In this document: positions 54,989 to 64,000 of the stretch, piece by piece
Layout of the letters: each line of letters opens with the position of its first letter
How positions within the stretch are numbered: position 1 is the first letter of the stretch
Source: Candidatus Nomurabacteria bacterium GW2011_GWD2_36_14
GTDB lineage: Bacteria > Patescibacteriota > Minisyncoccia > Phycocordibacterales > UBA9973
Direction of reading: 5' to 3'
Assembly (NCBI GenBank): GCA_000991405.1
Contig: LBRL01000001.1
Coordinates: forward strand, 527,989 to 591,988
DNA: 64,000 nt
Notes under the pieces: model-generated
Told to the model about the DNA's origin: nothing
The model's input: only the letters and a program-made list of their open reading frames with translations
The model's database searches: none
Program-made: the position numbers and the translations under genes

Positions 54989-57460
54989 TTAATTAATTGC
55001 CAAATTAGTTGTTGTTTCTCCGGAATTGCCATTTATATCATATCCAACTACACGAATAGTATTGCTATTTGTAATATCGGGAATATCTCTCGGGATAAAA
55101 GAAACAAAATAGGGGGCATTTTTTAATGTTTTTAAATATGTACTATTTATAAACACATCAATTTTTTTAATCTGGGTTTGCCCTGTTGAGCTGACGACAA
55201 AATTAATATCACTATCTTTAGTATAAGAGATCCCAGAAATACCATTGATTGATAATACTGGCTTACTTTGAATAGTAGTATTTGTATAATTTATAATTGG
55301 ATTATTTTGCGCTGAGATGATACCATACTTGGCGTAATTATTAGCCCACCACTTTTGTACTCCATACTCCCAGTTGGTGTATTGTGAGTCGCTCGTTCTA
55401 CCACCAGAAGTGCCACTATTTAATGGATGCTCCTTGTCTAGCCAATACAAAATAGTATGAACATTGGTGACAGAAACTTCTTGTCCACCACTTGGCATAA
55501 ATGTAGCTCCTCCTTGCCAAAAACCACGAAGGACAGGAGGAATGGAAGTATCTATAGGGTCTGGCTTTTCAAAATATTCTACTGGCTTGTCTTTCAAACC
55601 TTCTGACATTACAGCGTTCCATATAGGCCCAGCAAGGGCTGCACCACCCTTTCCCATCGGTTCGTTATTATTGTTACCAACCCAAACCCCAACAGCAAGG
55701 GAGGGTGTGTATCCAATTGTCCATGCATCCTTGTTATCATTTGTCGTTCCTGTCTTCACTGCCACTTCTCTTCCTGGGATATTTAAAATAGAGTTAGCTC
55801 TAAAAGTAGGAGCACGAGCTGCATCATCTGAGAGAATGTCTGATAGGATGTTTGTAGTGTTTGGATTTAGAACTTGGTACTGTCTGTCTTCATACTTTTC
55901 TAAAACATTTCCATTTGAATCTTCAATACTTAGAATCTCGTTGTATGGGTGACGAATACCACCTGTGGCGAAGACACCATAAGCAGAAGTCATATCAAGT
56001 AGAGTCGTTTCCCCACCCCCGATAACAAGAGAAAGTCCATATCGAGTAGGGTCTGTAAGTGTAGTAATACCAAGGTCGTTTGCCATTTTTAAAGAATCTT
56101 TAATACCAACTAAATAAAGGAGCTTAACAGCAACTACGTTTATTGATTGTGCCAGAGCCTGCTTTAGTGTTAATGGGCCCCTGTTGTCGTTATCATAATT
56201 GCTTGGAGTATAACAAGTTGCACTTTTGTGCCCTGCCAAAGGCTTGCCTGTAGGATCACAAGAAGCATTGAATTCAGTTTTAACATCAAACAGGGTTGTA
56301 TCGGCTGTATAACCCTTCTCAAAAGCTGCAGCGTAGACGATAGGCTTAAATGAAGATCCTGGCTGACGTGAAGCTGTCGTGACATTGAAGTTGCCATCGA
56401 CGGTCTTGTCGAAATAATTCCTTGAGCCTACCATGGCCAATATCTGGCCAGTCTTGGGGTCTATCACTACAATAGCAGCATTTTTACCTTTCCAATTCTT
56501 TTCATTTTCTTTTGATTTTTCTAAAGCTATTTCCTCGGATTTTTTTTGAAGATTATAATCAAGAGTTGTAATAACTTTCAACCCACCATCTTCAAGTGCA
56601 TTTATACCATACTTATTTTCTAAATAATCTTTTACAAAGAAGACAAAGTGAGGGGCAGCGATATTCATAGGTCGTTCAGGCTGGAAGACGACAACTTCAT
56701 TTTTTGCTTTTGTATAAGTATTCTCATCTATGAACTTGAGGTCTAGCATTCTTTTCAAGACTAGATTCTTTCTCTCGTCCAACCTATCCTTGTTCTTTCT
56801 ATATGGAGAATAATAAGTTGGACCATTGGGAATCGCCGCCATATAAGCCGACTCAGCTAAAGTTAATTCCAAAGGCTTCTTATCGAAGAAGGCTTTAGAT
56901 GCTTCTTCGACACCATAAATATTTCCACCATAAGGAGCTTCGTTCAAATATAGGGTGAGGATGTCATTTTTACTCATAATCTTCTCAAGCTTGATAGCCA
57001 AGATCCACTCCTTCATCTTTCTTTTGATAGTTACTTCAGAAGTGAGTAAAGTATTCTTGATAAGTTGCTGGGTTATAGTTGAACCTCCTGTAACCCTTTT
57101 ACCTGTAAGTTTTGCCCAAATAGTTCCACGAATAATTGAACTTATGCGGATTCCTTTGTGTTGGTAGAATTCTCCGTCTTCTATGGCAACTGTGGCGTTC
57201 TTGATATTGGTGCCTATCTCTTCGTAAGGTATAACGGTTCTCTTGATATTGTCGTGGACATTGTATAAGAGGATCTCGCCAGTACGGTCGTATATCTTCG
57301 TTGAACTCTGTATCTTTCTTTCAGTAAAGAGCTTAAAGTCTGGTAATTCCAAGGTACTAACCCACACAACAACAAGCCCAGTCAATATTATTCCAACCCC
57401 AATTAATAAAAATAATGCGTTTTTAAGTATTTTTAATGACATAAATGAATGTTTCTTCAT
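54989..57460 (-). CDS. Class A penicillin-binding protein (bifunctional glycosyltransferase/transpeptidase) with a C-terminal extension
   Basis: 823 aa; N-terminal TM; GT51 motifs (EDGEFYQHKGI, GGSTITQQL); transpeptidase SxxK (SSFKP), SxN and KTG (KTGTT) motifs. Confidence 0.9.
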   Translation of the reverse strand: MKKHSFMSLKILKNALFLLIGVGIILTGLVVVWVSTLELPDFKLFTERKIQSSTKIYDRTGEILLYNVHDNIKRTVIPYEEIGTNIKNATVAIEDGEFYQHKGIRISSIIRGTIWAKLTGKRVTGGSTITQQLIKNTLLTSEVTIKRKMKEWILAIKLEKIMSKNDILTLYLNEAPYGGNIYGVEEASKAFFDKKPLELTLAESAYMAAIPNGPTYYSPYRKNKDRLDERKNLVLKRMLDLKFIDENTYTKAKNEVVVFQPERPMNIAAPHFVFFVKDYLENKYGINALEDGGLKVITTLDYNLQKKSEEIALEKSKENEKNWKGKNAAIVVIDPKTGQILAMVGSRNYFDKTVDGNFNVTTASRQPGSSFKPIVYAAAFEKGYTADTTLFDVKTEFNASCDPTGKPLAGHKSATCYTPSNYDNDNRGPLTLKQALAQSINVVAVKLLYLVGIKDSLKMANDLGITTLTDPTRYGLSLVIGGGETTLLDMTSAYGVFATGGIRHPYNEILSIEDSNGNVLEKYEDRQYQVLNPNTTNILSDILSDDAARAPTFRANSILNIPGREVAVKTGTTNDNKDAWTIGYTPSLAVGVWVGNNNNEPMGKGGAALAGPIWNAVMSEGLKDKPVEYFEKPDPIDTSIPPVLRGFWQGGATFMPSGGQEVSVTNVHTILYWLDKEHPLNSGTSGGRTSDSQYTNWEYGVQKWWANNYAKYGIISAQNNPIINYTNTTIQSKPVLSINGISGISYTKDSDINFVVSSTGQTQIKKIDVFINSTYLKTLKNAPYFVSFIPRDIPDITNSNTIRVVGYDINGNSGETTTNLAIN

Positions 57461-57518
57461 ATCTCAATATCATATCATAAATACGGACAAAGAGATTAAG
57501 ATGTGATAATATAAGGAT

Positions 57519-58730
57519 ATGAACAAAGTAATAGTAGATGAAAAGAAAATAGATGAATTGCTAACTAGGGGGATTTCTTTTATTTATCCAACCAAAGAAT
57601 TCTTAGAGAATAAAATTAAAAAAGGAGAAAAACTTACAATATACTTAGGCATAGATCCGACTGGACCAACTCTTCACTTGGGGCACGCTATTCCTATTAA
57701 AAAATTAAGTGAATTTCAAAAAGCTGGACACCAGATAATACTTCTCATGGGTGACTTCACAGCCATGATAGGAGACCCTACTGATAAAGGTGCTGCCCGT
57801 AAACAACTTACTCACAAAGAAGTAACGTCTAATTTAAAAAATTATAAAAAACAAGCCAGTAGTCTGATATCTTTTACGGGCAAGAATCCTGCTAAAATTA
57901 CATTTAATTCTACATGGTTAGGAAAAATGAATTTTGAAAAAGTTATATCACTTGCTTCTAATATGACCGTTCAACAAATGCTTGAGCGTGATATGTTTGA
58001 GAAAAGAATGAAAGAAGGTAAACCAATATATCTTCATGAATTTCTGTACCCACTTATGCAGGGGTATGATTCTGTCGCTATGGATGTAGACGGGGAGATT
58101 GGTGGCAACGACCAGACCTTCAATATGCTTTGTGGACGTGATCTTATGAAAACAATGAAGAATAAAGAGAAGTTTGTAATAACAATGAAGCTTCTTGAAG
58201 ATAACTCTGGTAAAAAAATGGGTAAAACAGAGGGTAATATGATAGCTCTTTCTGATTCACCAGAGGAAATGTATGGAAAAGTTATGAGTTGGACTGATGG
58301 GATGATAATTCCGGGGTTTGAACTTTGTACAAATATACCAACTTTTGAAATAGAAAAAATGTCTAAGGACATACATTCAAATCTAGTTAACCCTAAAGAT
58401 TTAAAAATACGTCTTGCTCGAGAAATAGTTACAACTTTTCATAATGAAAAAAAAGCTAAAGAAGCACAAGAGAAATGGGAAAACACTTTTTCTAAAAAAG
58501 AAATTCCAGAAGACGTACAAGAAATAAATGCAAAGAAAGGTGAACCCTTGATAGACGTATTGCTAAATAATAAGATTGTAACTTCTAAGAGTGACTTTCG
58601 TAGGCTAGTGGACGAAAAAGCAATTACAAACTTAGATACAGATGAAAAAGTTTCATCGCATACAGAAGTTGCTATAGAGGGGGTCTATAGAATAGGGAAG
58701 AAAAGATTTTGTAAAATAGTAATTAGTTAA
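57519..58730 (+). CDS. tyrS: Tyrosine--tRNA ligase
   Basis: 403 aa; HIGH-type motif (HLGH in PTGPTLHLGHAIP) and KMSKS-type motif (KMGKT); C-terminal S4-like domain. Confidence 0.9.
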   Translation: MNKVIVDEKKIDELLTRGISFIYPTKEFLENKIKKGEKLTIYLGIDPTGPTLHLGHAIPIKKLSEFQKAGHQIILLMGDFTAMIGDPTDKGAARKQLTHKEVTSNLKNYKKQASSLISFTGKNPAKITFNSTWLGKMNFEKVISLASNMTVQQMLERDMFEKRMKEGKPIYLHEFLYPLMQGYDSVAMDVDGEIGGNDQTFNMLCGRDLMKTMKNKEKFVITMKLLEDNSGKKMGKTEGNMIALSDSPEEMYGKVMSWTDGMIIPGFELCTNIPTFEIEKMSKDIHSNLVNPKDLKIRLAREIVTTFHNEKKAKEAQEKWENTFSKKEIPEDVQEINAKKGEPLIDVLLNNKIVTSKSDFRRLVDEKAITNLDTDEKVSSHTEVAIEGVYRIGKKRFCKIVIS

Positions 58731-58732
58731 AT

Positions 58733-58763
58733 TAAAATGTGCGAGGCCTTGCCTCGCACATTT
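58733..58763. terminator. Bidirectional intrinsic terminator
   Basis: aaaatgtgcgagg-ccttg-cctcgcacatttt between convergent tyrS and the acidic small ORF. Confidence 0.7.
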
Positions 58764-58769
58764 TAATTA

Positions 58770-58967
58770 TTAGTATTCAGAGCCATCGAGTCCTGCGAAT
58801 TCCTCGAGTTCTTCATCGTCTTCACCTCCAAGAATATCATCATCACCTAGAAGGTCGTCATCTGCTAAAATAGGGTCATCTAAGTCATCGTCAGTTGCCA
58901 GTAGGTCAACTTCATCTTCGTTTATATCTACATCACCTACTATTTCTTCGTCATCTTTATAACTCAT
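58770..58967 (-). CDS. Extremely acidic 65-aa protein
   Basis: MSYKDDEEIVGDVDINEDEVDLLATDDDLDDPILADDDLLGDDDILGGEDDEELEEFAGLDGSEY, about 50% Asp/Glu; a clean ORF with a terminator downstream. Confidence 0.4.
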   Translation of the reverse strand: MSYKDDEEIVGDVDINEDEVDLLATDDDLDDPILADDDLLGDDDILGGEDDEELEEFAGLDGSEY

Positions 58968-59046
58968 AATTTAATTAAAATTTAAAAACATATTATAATA
59001 ATTATTTGTATCAAAATATAAATTTCTTTGCAATAGGCAAAGGGCT

Positions 59047-59200
59047 GTGGAAAACCCCCACACCCACTTTTTTATTGCTTATATATTGTGCCATTCTTTA
59101 TAAGATGTAAAATAGTCTTATTAATATAGTTAATATTGTTTTTTTACTTAAAATTACAATAAGCACAATTATAAAAAAGTAGGTGTGGGGGAAAACCCCC
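59047..59200. repeat. Long-loop hairpin element family A, copy 3
   Basis: ggaaaacccccacacccactttttt ... aaaaaagtaggtgtgggggaaaaccccc; immediately downstream of ruvC on the minus strand. Confidence 0.8.
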
Positions 59201-59209
59201 TACCAAGAC

Positions 59210-59701
59210 CTATTTATATTTTAAGTCGAATTTCTCACAAGCTAGGCAGGTCAAGCCTATAGCAATAGCATCAAGTTCATCATCTGACTTTGTAACCTTC
59301 TCCATTTCTATAAGCTTAGGAACCATGGACATAACTCCTTCCTTGGAAGATTTGCCATAACCTGTGACCGCTATCTTGATTTGGGGAGGAGTGTATTCAA
59401 AAATTTTAAGTCCATTCTTGGATGCGGTGTATATCATAACCCCACGAGCTTCTGATACCCCCATAACAGTCTTCTGGTTGGTTGTGAAGTAAAGCTTCTC
59501 AATAGCCAAGGCTTCGGGCTTCCACTTTTTTATAATTCTTTCAAGTTCAACTCCTATGAGAGTGAGTCTTTCGTGGAAAGGAATCTTTGTAGAGGTTTTA
59601 AAACACTCCGAATATACCAGAAGGTGTTTTGGCTTTAGTGTTTTGTCGAGGATGGCTACCCCGACTCTTTCAAATCCTGGATCAATTGCAAGTATTCTCA
59701 T
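59210..59701 (-). CDS. ruvC: Holliday junction resolvase RuvC
   Basis: 163 aa; MRILAIDPGFERVGVAIL with the catalytic Asp and an RNase H-like fold. Confidence 0.9.
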   Translation of the reverse strand: MRILAIDPGFERVGVAILDKTLKPKHLLVYSECFKTSTKIPFHERLTLIGVELERIIKKWKPEALAIEKLYFTTNQKTVMGVSEARGVMIYTASKNGLKIFEYTPPQIKIAVTGYGKSSKEGVMSMVPKLIEMEKVTKSDDELDAIAIGLTCLACEKFDLKYK

Positions 59702-59726
59702 TAGTGTATAAATTTTTTTTCATTAA

Positions 59727-59825
59727 AATAGCTCTTCTCAGAGGGTCCGCATAATTTCTTGCTAAAAATTTGCTCATTGCTCGGTCCGTCGACCTCCGCC
59801 GGCCCCTCTGATAAGACTATTTTAA
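59727..59825 (-). repeat. GC-rich repeat family B, copy 4 (reverse orientation, downstream of ruvB on the minus strand)
   Basis: aaaatagctcttctcagagggtccgcataatttcttgctaaaaatttgctcattgctcggtccgtcgacctccgccggcccctctgataagactatttt is the reverse complement of the B consensus. Confidence 0.8.
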
Positions 59826-59840
59826 CTACAAAAATTGAAT

Positions 59841-60833
59841 CTAATTATTTATAAAATCAAACCCCAAGTGCTCGTAACCCTTCTTGGTGACTGTTCTGCC
59901 ACGGCTTGTACGTTCGAGGAGGCCTAGTTGTATAAGATATGGCTCGATAACTTCCTCGATGGTGGCTTCTTCTTCGCTCGTGGCGGCGGAAATAGTTTTG
60001 AGTCCTACTGGGCCACCATTGAACTTGTTGATGATTACCTCTAGCACTCTTCTGTCGGAAGAGTTGAGACCAATCTCATCTATTTCGAGCAAGGCCAGGG
60101 CCTTCTTCACTGCGTCTTTTGAGAGGGGAAGCTTGTGGACTTGAGCATAGTCACGACAACGTTTCAGAAAGTAGTTGGCAGTACGAGGGGTAAAGCGAGC
60201 ACGCTTTGCGACTTCGTCCAAAGCTTCATCTTCAAGTTCTACTCCGAGAATTTTCGCTGAGCGTGCCAGAATCTTTTTGATTTCATCATGAGTATAAAAC
60301 TCTAAACGGAAAACTCCACCAGAAAAACGAGAGCGAAGAGGTGAAGAGAGGAGGGCGATACGAGTAGTAGCAGCGATGAGGGTGAAGGGAGGAAGCTCGA
60401 GCTGGATAGTACGAGCAGAAGGTCCCTTGCCAATGATGATATCAAGCACGCCTGACTCCATGGCAGGGTAGAGAACTTCCTCAACCATTTTATTGAGTCT
60501 GTGAATCTCATCAATAAAGACAATATCACCAGGGGCCAAGTTCGTAAGTATAGAAGCGAGGTCGCCAACTTTCTCAATAGCGGGCCCTGAAGTAATCTTG
60601 ATCTGTCGGCGTGTTTCTTTGGCTATAAGGTGAGCTAAAGTAGTCTTGCCAAGGCCAGGAGGGCCATAGAAAAGGATATGCTCGGCAGGATGAGACCTCT
60701 CTTCGGCAGCAGTTAGGAGAATCTTCAGATTGGCCTTGATATTTTCTTGGCCAATGTAGTCTTCCCACACACTTGGACGCAGTGTTTGGTCTAAAAAGCC
60801 CTCATCTTTGGTTGTTGTTTCTTTACTTGACAT
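59841..60833 (-). CDS. ruvB: Holliday junction branch-migration helicase RuvB
   Basis: 330 aa; AAA+ Walker A GPPGLGKTTLA, Walker B IVFIDEIHRL, and the RuvB C-terminal winged helix. Confidence 0.95.
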   Translation of the reverse strand: MSSKETTTKDEGFLDQTLRPSVWEDYIGQENIKANLKILLTAAEERSHPAEHILFYGPPGLGKTTLAHLIAKETRRQIKITSGPAIEKVGDLASILTNLAPGDIVFIDEIHRLNKMVEEVLYPAMESGVLDIIIGKGPSARTIQLELPPFTLIAATTRIALLSSPLRSRFSGGVFRLEFYTHDEIKKILARSAKILGVELEDEALDEVAKRARFTPRTANYFLKRCRDYAQVHKLPLSKDAVKKALALLEIDEIGLNSSDRRVLEVIINKFNGGPVGLKTISAATSEEEATIEEVIEPYLIQLGLLERTSRGRTVTKKGYEHLGFDFINN

Positions 60834-61058
60834 TATTTTCTTAGTATGCTATACTCTCCACAGAAATTTGATACGTTTAATTATAGCATTTTCGCGAAGA
60901 GAACATAAATCTCTAAGCAATCGGCCCCGTGCTCTATATATGTGCATAGGACGTCTTGGTTTATATTTATATTTACTGTGGCTATCCTGTAATCATATGT
61001 TACTTTGCTAGCGCATGCTTCCAAAGGATTGTTTAGAGATTTATGTTTTTTTAATTTT

Positions 61059-61203
61059 ACCCGCACACTCAACATGCCGTAGCTTTTTTGTTCTGCCTAC
61101 AGAATTTTTATTTAAAATTTATATTTTTTACTTAATATAATAAGAGTATTATTATATTTTATTTTGAAAAAGCAGAATAACGGCATATTGAGTGTGCGGG
61201 TTT
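61059..61203. repeat. Long-loop hairpin element family A, copy 4
   Basis: acccgcacactcaacatgccgtagcttttttgttctgcc ... ggcagaataacggcatattgagtgtgcgggttt; its internal sequence is highly similar to copy 1; its right arm abuts the pilB stop codon. Confidence 0.8.
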
Positions 61204-62902
61204 ATTCCTCACTCATATCTACCACTCCTGCGACTTCGTCGTAGTCTGTGATACCTTTCAATATTTTCACTAGGCCATCTTCGGCCATGGTGAGAGAGAC
61301 TTGATTGCGAGCGACTGCCTTGATCTCTCTTTCGCTTGGATTCTTGGTAATTATTTCTTCTATTTTCTCATCATTATAAATAGCTTCAAAGATACCTATT
61401 TGTCCTTTGTATCCAGTATTGTTGCATTCTAGGCATCCGACGGGAGTATAAATTTTAAATGGACTACCTGTATCAATATCATAGTCTGCCCAATTTTTGC
61501 CATGCGTTTCTGCATCTTTTATTATTTTATTTATTATAATTGATTCTTCATTACTGATTTCTTTTTCTTTTTTACAATGAACACAAAGTCTGCGTACTAG
61601 TCGCTGAGCTATAGATAAAGACAAAGCAGAGACTAGAATCTTGGGATTCACATCAAGATCAATAAGACGAGGAATAACTCCAGCGGCGTTGTTCGTATGT
61701 AAGGTGGAGAAGACTAGGTGACCCGTAAGAGCAGACTCGACGGCAATCTTGGCAGTCTCGCTATCGCGGATTTCTCCCACCATGATAACGTCGGGGTCCT
61801 GACGAAGAGAAGAACGCAAACCTTCGAGGAAGGTATAACCCTTCTCATCATCTGTCTGGGTCTGAGTAATGCCGGGGAGGTGATACTCGATAGGGTCTTC
61901 GATAGTTATAATCTTGATTTCTGTGGAGTAAATCTTTTGCAAGAAAGAGTAGAGGGTTGTCGTCTTACCGGATCCTGTAGGACCAGTTAGAAGGATCATA
62001 CCGTTGGGCTTCTTGATCTCTCGCATAAATACTTCATAGAGCTTAGGCTCAATACCCATGTCTTCGAGTTTAACCCTTATAGACTTTGGATTAAGAATTC
62101 TCATAACGATAGACTCGCCATAAGCTCCAGGAATAAGAGAAACACGAAGAGAGATTTCATCTTCGCCAAGATAAATACTGAAACGCCCGTCTTGAGCTAT
62201 AGAATTGGAAGTAATCTTCAGTCCAGAAATAAGCTTGATACGAGAATTTATAAATTTATGTGCAGCAGGAGGGATTTCCATAACTTCATGGAGGATACCA
62301 TCGAGACGGAAACGAAGACGGACAGTATTCTCCTCGGGTTCGAAGTGAAGGTCAGAAGCATTGATAGCAATAGCTCCAGCAAGAGCAACTTCGAGGATGT
62401 GGGAAGTGGTATGGATGTTGTCCTTCTCTATGGCAAGAATTGCTTGCTTGATATCTTCGATATTCTTAATACCTGCCATTATCTTTTTCAAAGATTCTCC
62501 AGAGATGGCGATGGTACCTGACTTAGACTCTTCAGCGAAAGATATTTCCTTGTATCTATCCCAAGCTTTCTCTAGGCTTGCAAGGGATGCCATGTAGAAA
62601 TGGGGGATATACTGACGATCCTCAAAATACTTTTTAAGATTTTCTAACTTGTCTGGCTGAGGAGAGCGAACAGCGACGTGAACGTCCTTGCCTAGAAGTT
62701 TAAAAGATGCGACTTCTAATTCTCTGGCCTCTTTCTCAACTATAAGACGAAGAGCATCGTTCTCTATAGGCATACCAGAGAGGTGAATAGGAGGCACACC
62801 ATAGCGAACTTCTGCGAGTGCATCTACCAAGTCTTCCTCTTCTTGCTTTCTTAGGTCTGTAAGATTTTTCTTTTGCTTATCATCATCAAATATTAGTGAC
62901 AT
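61202..62902 (-). CDS. pilB: Type IV pilus assembly ATPase PilB (GspE-family secretion ATPase)
   Basis: 566 aa; N-terminal GSPII-type domain, Walker A LLTGPTGSGKTTTLY, Asp/His boxes, and the tetra-Cys CxxC...CxxC zinc motif (CVHC...CLEC). Confidence 0.9.
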   Translation of the reverse strand: MSLIFDDDKQKKNLTDLRKQEEEDLVDALAEVRYGVPPIHLSGMPIENDALRLIVEKEARELEVASFKLLGKDVHVAVRSPQPDKLENLKKYFEDRQYIPHFYMASLASLEKAWDRYKEISFAEESKSGTIAISGESLKKIMAGIKNIEDIKQAILAIEKDNIHTTSHILEVALAGAIAINASDLHFEPEENTVRLRFRLDGILHEVMEIPPAAHKFINSRIKLISGLKITSNSIAQDGRFSIYLGEDEISLRVSLIPGAYGESIVMRILNPKSIRVKLEDMGIEPKLYEVFMREIKKPNGMILLTGPTGSGKTTTLYSFLQKIYSTEIKIITIEDPIEYHLPGITQTQTDDEKGYTFLEGLRSSLRQDPDVIMVGEIRDSETAKIAVESALTGHLVFSTLHTNNAAGVIPRLIDLDVNPKILVSALSLSIAQRLVRRLCVHCKKEKEISNEESIIINKIIKDAETHGKNWADYDIDTGSPFKIYTPVGCLECNNTGYKGQIGIFEAIYNDEKIEEIITKNPSEREIKAVARNQVSLTMAEDGLVKILKGITDYDEVAGVVDMSEE

Positions 62903-62984
62903 ATGGATATATTATAGCTTATAAATCCTTTAATACCAATATCAATTTCCCCAAACGAGCTATAATAGAGGCCTTCTAGTGGGG

Positions 62985-63095
62985 TTGACAATTAGCCTTG
63001 TATATGCTATCATATAGACAAATGTTGAGATTAGTATTGTTTTATTTATTTCTCAGATTCTAGTGTCTGTGAGACAAATAAAACAATACTAAAGC
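62985..63095 (+). promoter_or_regulatory. Promoter-like element plus a 5-prime leader hairpin upstream of the terminal ORF
   Basis: TTGACA-17-TATCAT at 62985-63013; then the inverted repeat agtattgttttatttatttctc / gagacaaataaaacaatact (63030-63090) just before the ATG at 63104. Confidence 0.45.
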
Positions 63096-63103
63096 TCAAA
63101 ACA

Positions 63104-64000
63104 ATGAAAAAAGTTATAGCATTTTTCGTAATCATTATGCTTGTAGCCAGTTTTGGCTCGCAGATGGTGTTTTCTCAACCGAAGAAAGAAAAAGTTTATG
63201 GGACCATCAATTATGATGGTTTCCACGCAGTACAAACTGGTGCTTTATGGTCAAAAAGACCAGAAGCTAAGGAAATTTTTGAAGGAAGAATTCCGAAAGG
63301 AATTCAAGAGATCAAAACATTTGAAGCGGATTATATACTTACCTTTGTTAAGGGTGAGCATAATTCACTAGATGGTAATTTTCTTATTTTTCCTGAAGGA
63401 GAAGTAATATACAAAAAAGAGGGTAGATGGTATTCCTCTCGTTGTGCAAACGAGCTCGCCTATTGGAGAAAACTAGATGAAGTTGAATTCGTAGAAAAGA
63501 CAGTTGAAGTTGAAAAACCTCAACCTGCTCCTGCACCAGCCCCTGTTCCTCCTGTTGAAATCAGAGATACTGTCGTTAGCACGACATATATCGAAGAAAA
63601 CAACATTGTAAGAAGTAATTACTACGAAGACGATATTTACTATCGTCCACCCATGCTAAGCTATTGGATAACACCAATTTTAGCAGGGGGCTATTACGGT
63701 CAATCACAAATGGTTGACCAACGGACTTATAATAACTATAGTTCACAGACAAATAATTATATTTGTGAACGTAGTAAAACAAGACCGGAACACCCCCAAC
63801 CAAAACCAGAAGCACCTCATGCCTCTGGGCCAGGAGGAAGAGGTGATGAAGGCAATCATTCTTCAGGACCAGGTGGTCGTGGAGATGGTGCAACAGATGA
63901 TGGAAATCACGCTGGAGGTCCTGGTGGAAATGGAAATGGCAATAACACCACTGGTCCTGGAGGCAGAAGTTCTATGAGTAGGAACTCCGGGAGAATTTCC
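63104..64000 (+). CDS. Secreted Pro/Gly-rich protein (3-prime partial; runs off the window end)
   Basis: Hand translation from the ATG at 63104 stays open to the window end (about 299 codons): signal peptide MKKVIAFFVIIMLVASFGS, a PQPAPAPAPVPP linker, then GPGGRGD(E/G) repeats. It is absent from the ORF track, presumably because no stop falls within the window. Confidence 0.6.
   Translation, partial: MKKVIAFFVIIMLVASFGSQMVFSQPKKEKVYGTINYDGFHAVQTGALWSKRPEAKEIFEGRIPKGIQEIKTFEADYILTFVKGEHNSLDGNFLIFPEGEVIYKKEGRWYSSRCANELAYWRKLDEVEFVEKTVEVEKPQPAPAPAPVPPVEIRDTVVSTTYIEENNIVRSNYYEDDIYYRPPMLSYWITPILAGGYYGQSQMVDQRTYNNYSSQTNNYICERSKTRPEHPQPKPEAPHASGPGGRGDEGNHSSGPGGRGDGATDDGNHAGGPGGNGNGNNTTGPGGRSSMSRNSGRIS

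Noticed and set aside
63153-63977. Three short ORFs from the six-frame track (63153-63371 +, 63576-63893 -, 63714-63977 +)
   Set aside because: All are overlapped by a single longer open frame starting at 63104 with a signal peptide and repeat structure, which is the more plausible gene.

Overview
This 64-kb window is AT-rich (about 33% GC), has short intergenic spacers and no insertion sequences. It reads as the chromosome of a small-genome bacterium, probably of Patescibacteria/CPR type. That call is inferred from the compact RNase Y, YidC and trigger factor, the tRNAs without encoded CCA, and the lone type IV pilus ATPase. The backbone is housekeeping genes. On the + strand these are tig, clpP, rny, hup, cca, rpsO, pnp, a comM/yifB ATPase, a pcrA/uvrD-type helicase, rsmA and tyrS. 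On the - strand they are a ZIP transporter, yraN, xth, xerC, a class-A PBP, ruvC, ruvB and a pilB/gspE ATPase. Four tRNA genes sit near 5.5-7.4 kb. The replication-origin neighbourhood is complete: rpmH-rnpA-yidD-yidC-jag on the - strand faces dnaA-dnaN on the + strand, and DnaA-box-like motifs lie in the dnaA-dnaN spacer.

The most striking region is a co-directional block of about 15 kb at 34.7-49.8 kb. It encodes large secreted or surface proteins, a VirB6-like polytopic membrane protein, a small two-TM VirB3-like protein, a VirB4-type ATPase, an SLT-type lytic-transglycosylase fusion and a TM plus beta-propeller protein. I read this as a Gram-positive/CPR-style type IV secretion-like apparatus with no relaxase or coupling protein in the window. 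The VirB4 homologue is split by a single in-frame TAA. A four-helix-bundle gene of the Avd / 23S-IVS type sits inside the locus between TTAATAA heptamer repeat arrays.

The window is also dense in small structured repeat families. The first is a GC-rich element of about 95 bp, always downstream of genes and in a fixed orientation relative to transcription. The second is a hairpin family with a long loop and conserved CCCCCACACC-type stem ends, and the stems show compensatory substitutions between copies. The third is a 61-bp nested-palindrome element (CCATAGGTCGGACCTAGGG). One copy lies in frame inside xerC and another directly after dnaN. The fourth is inverted (TTAATAA)n arrays flanking terminator hairpins. 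Other points of note are a PaaX-like gene bracketed by two related 40-bp palindromes next to two TrmB-family paralogues, and a Cys-rich protein with duplicated terminal zinc-ribbon modules. I found no CRISPR array, rRNA or transposase.
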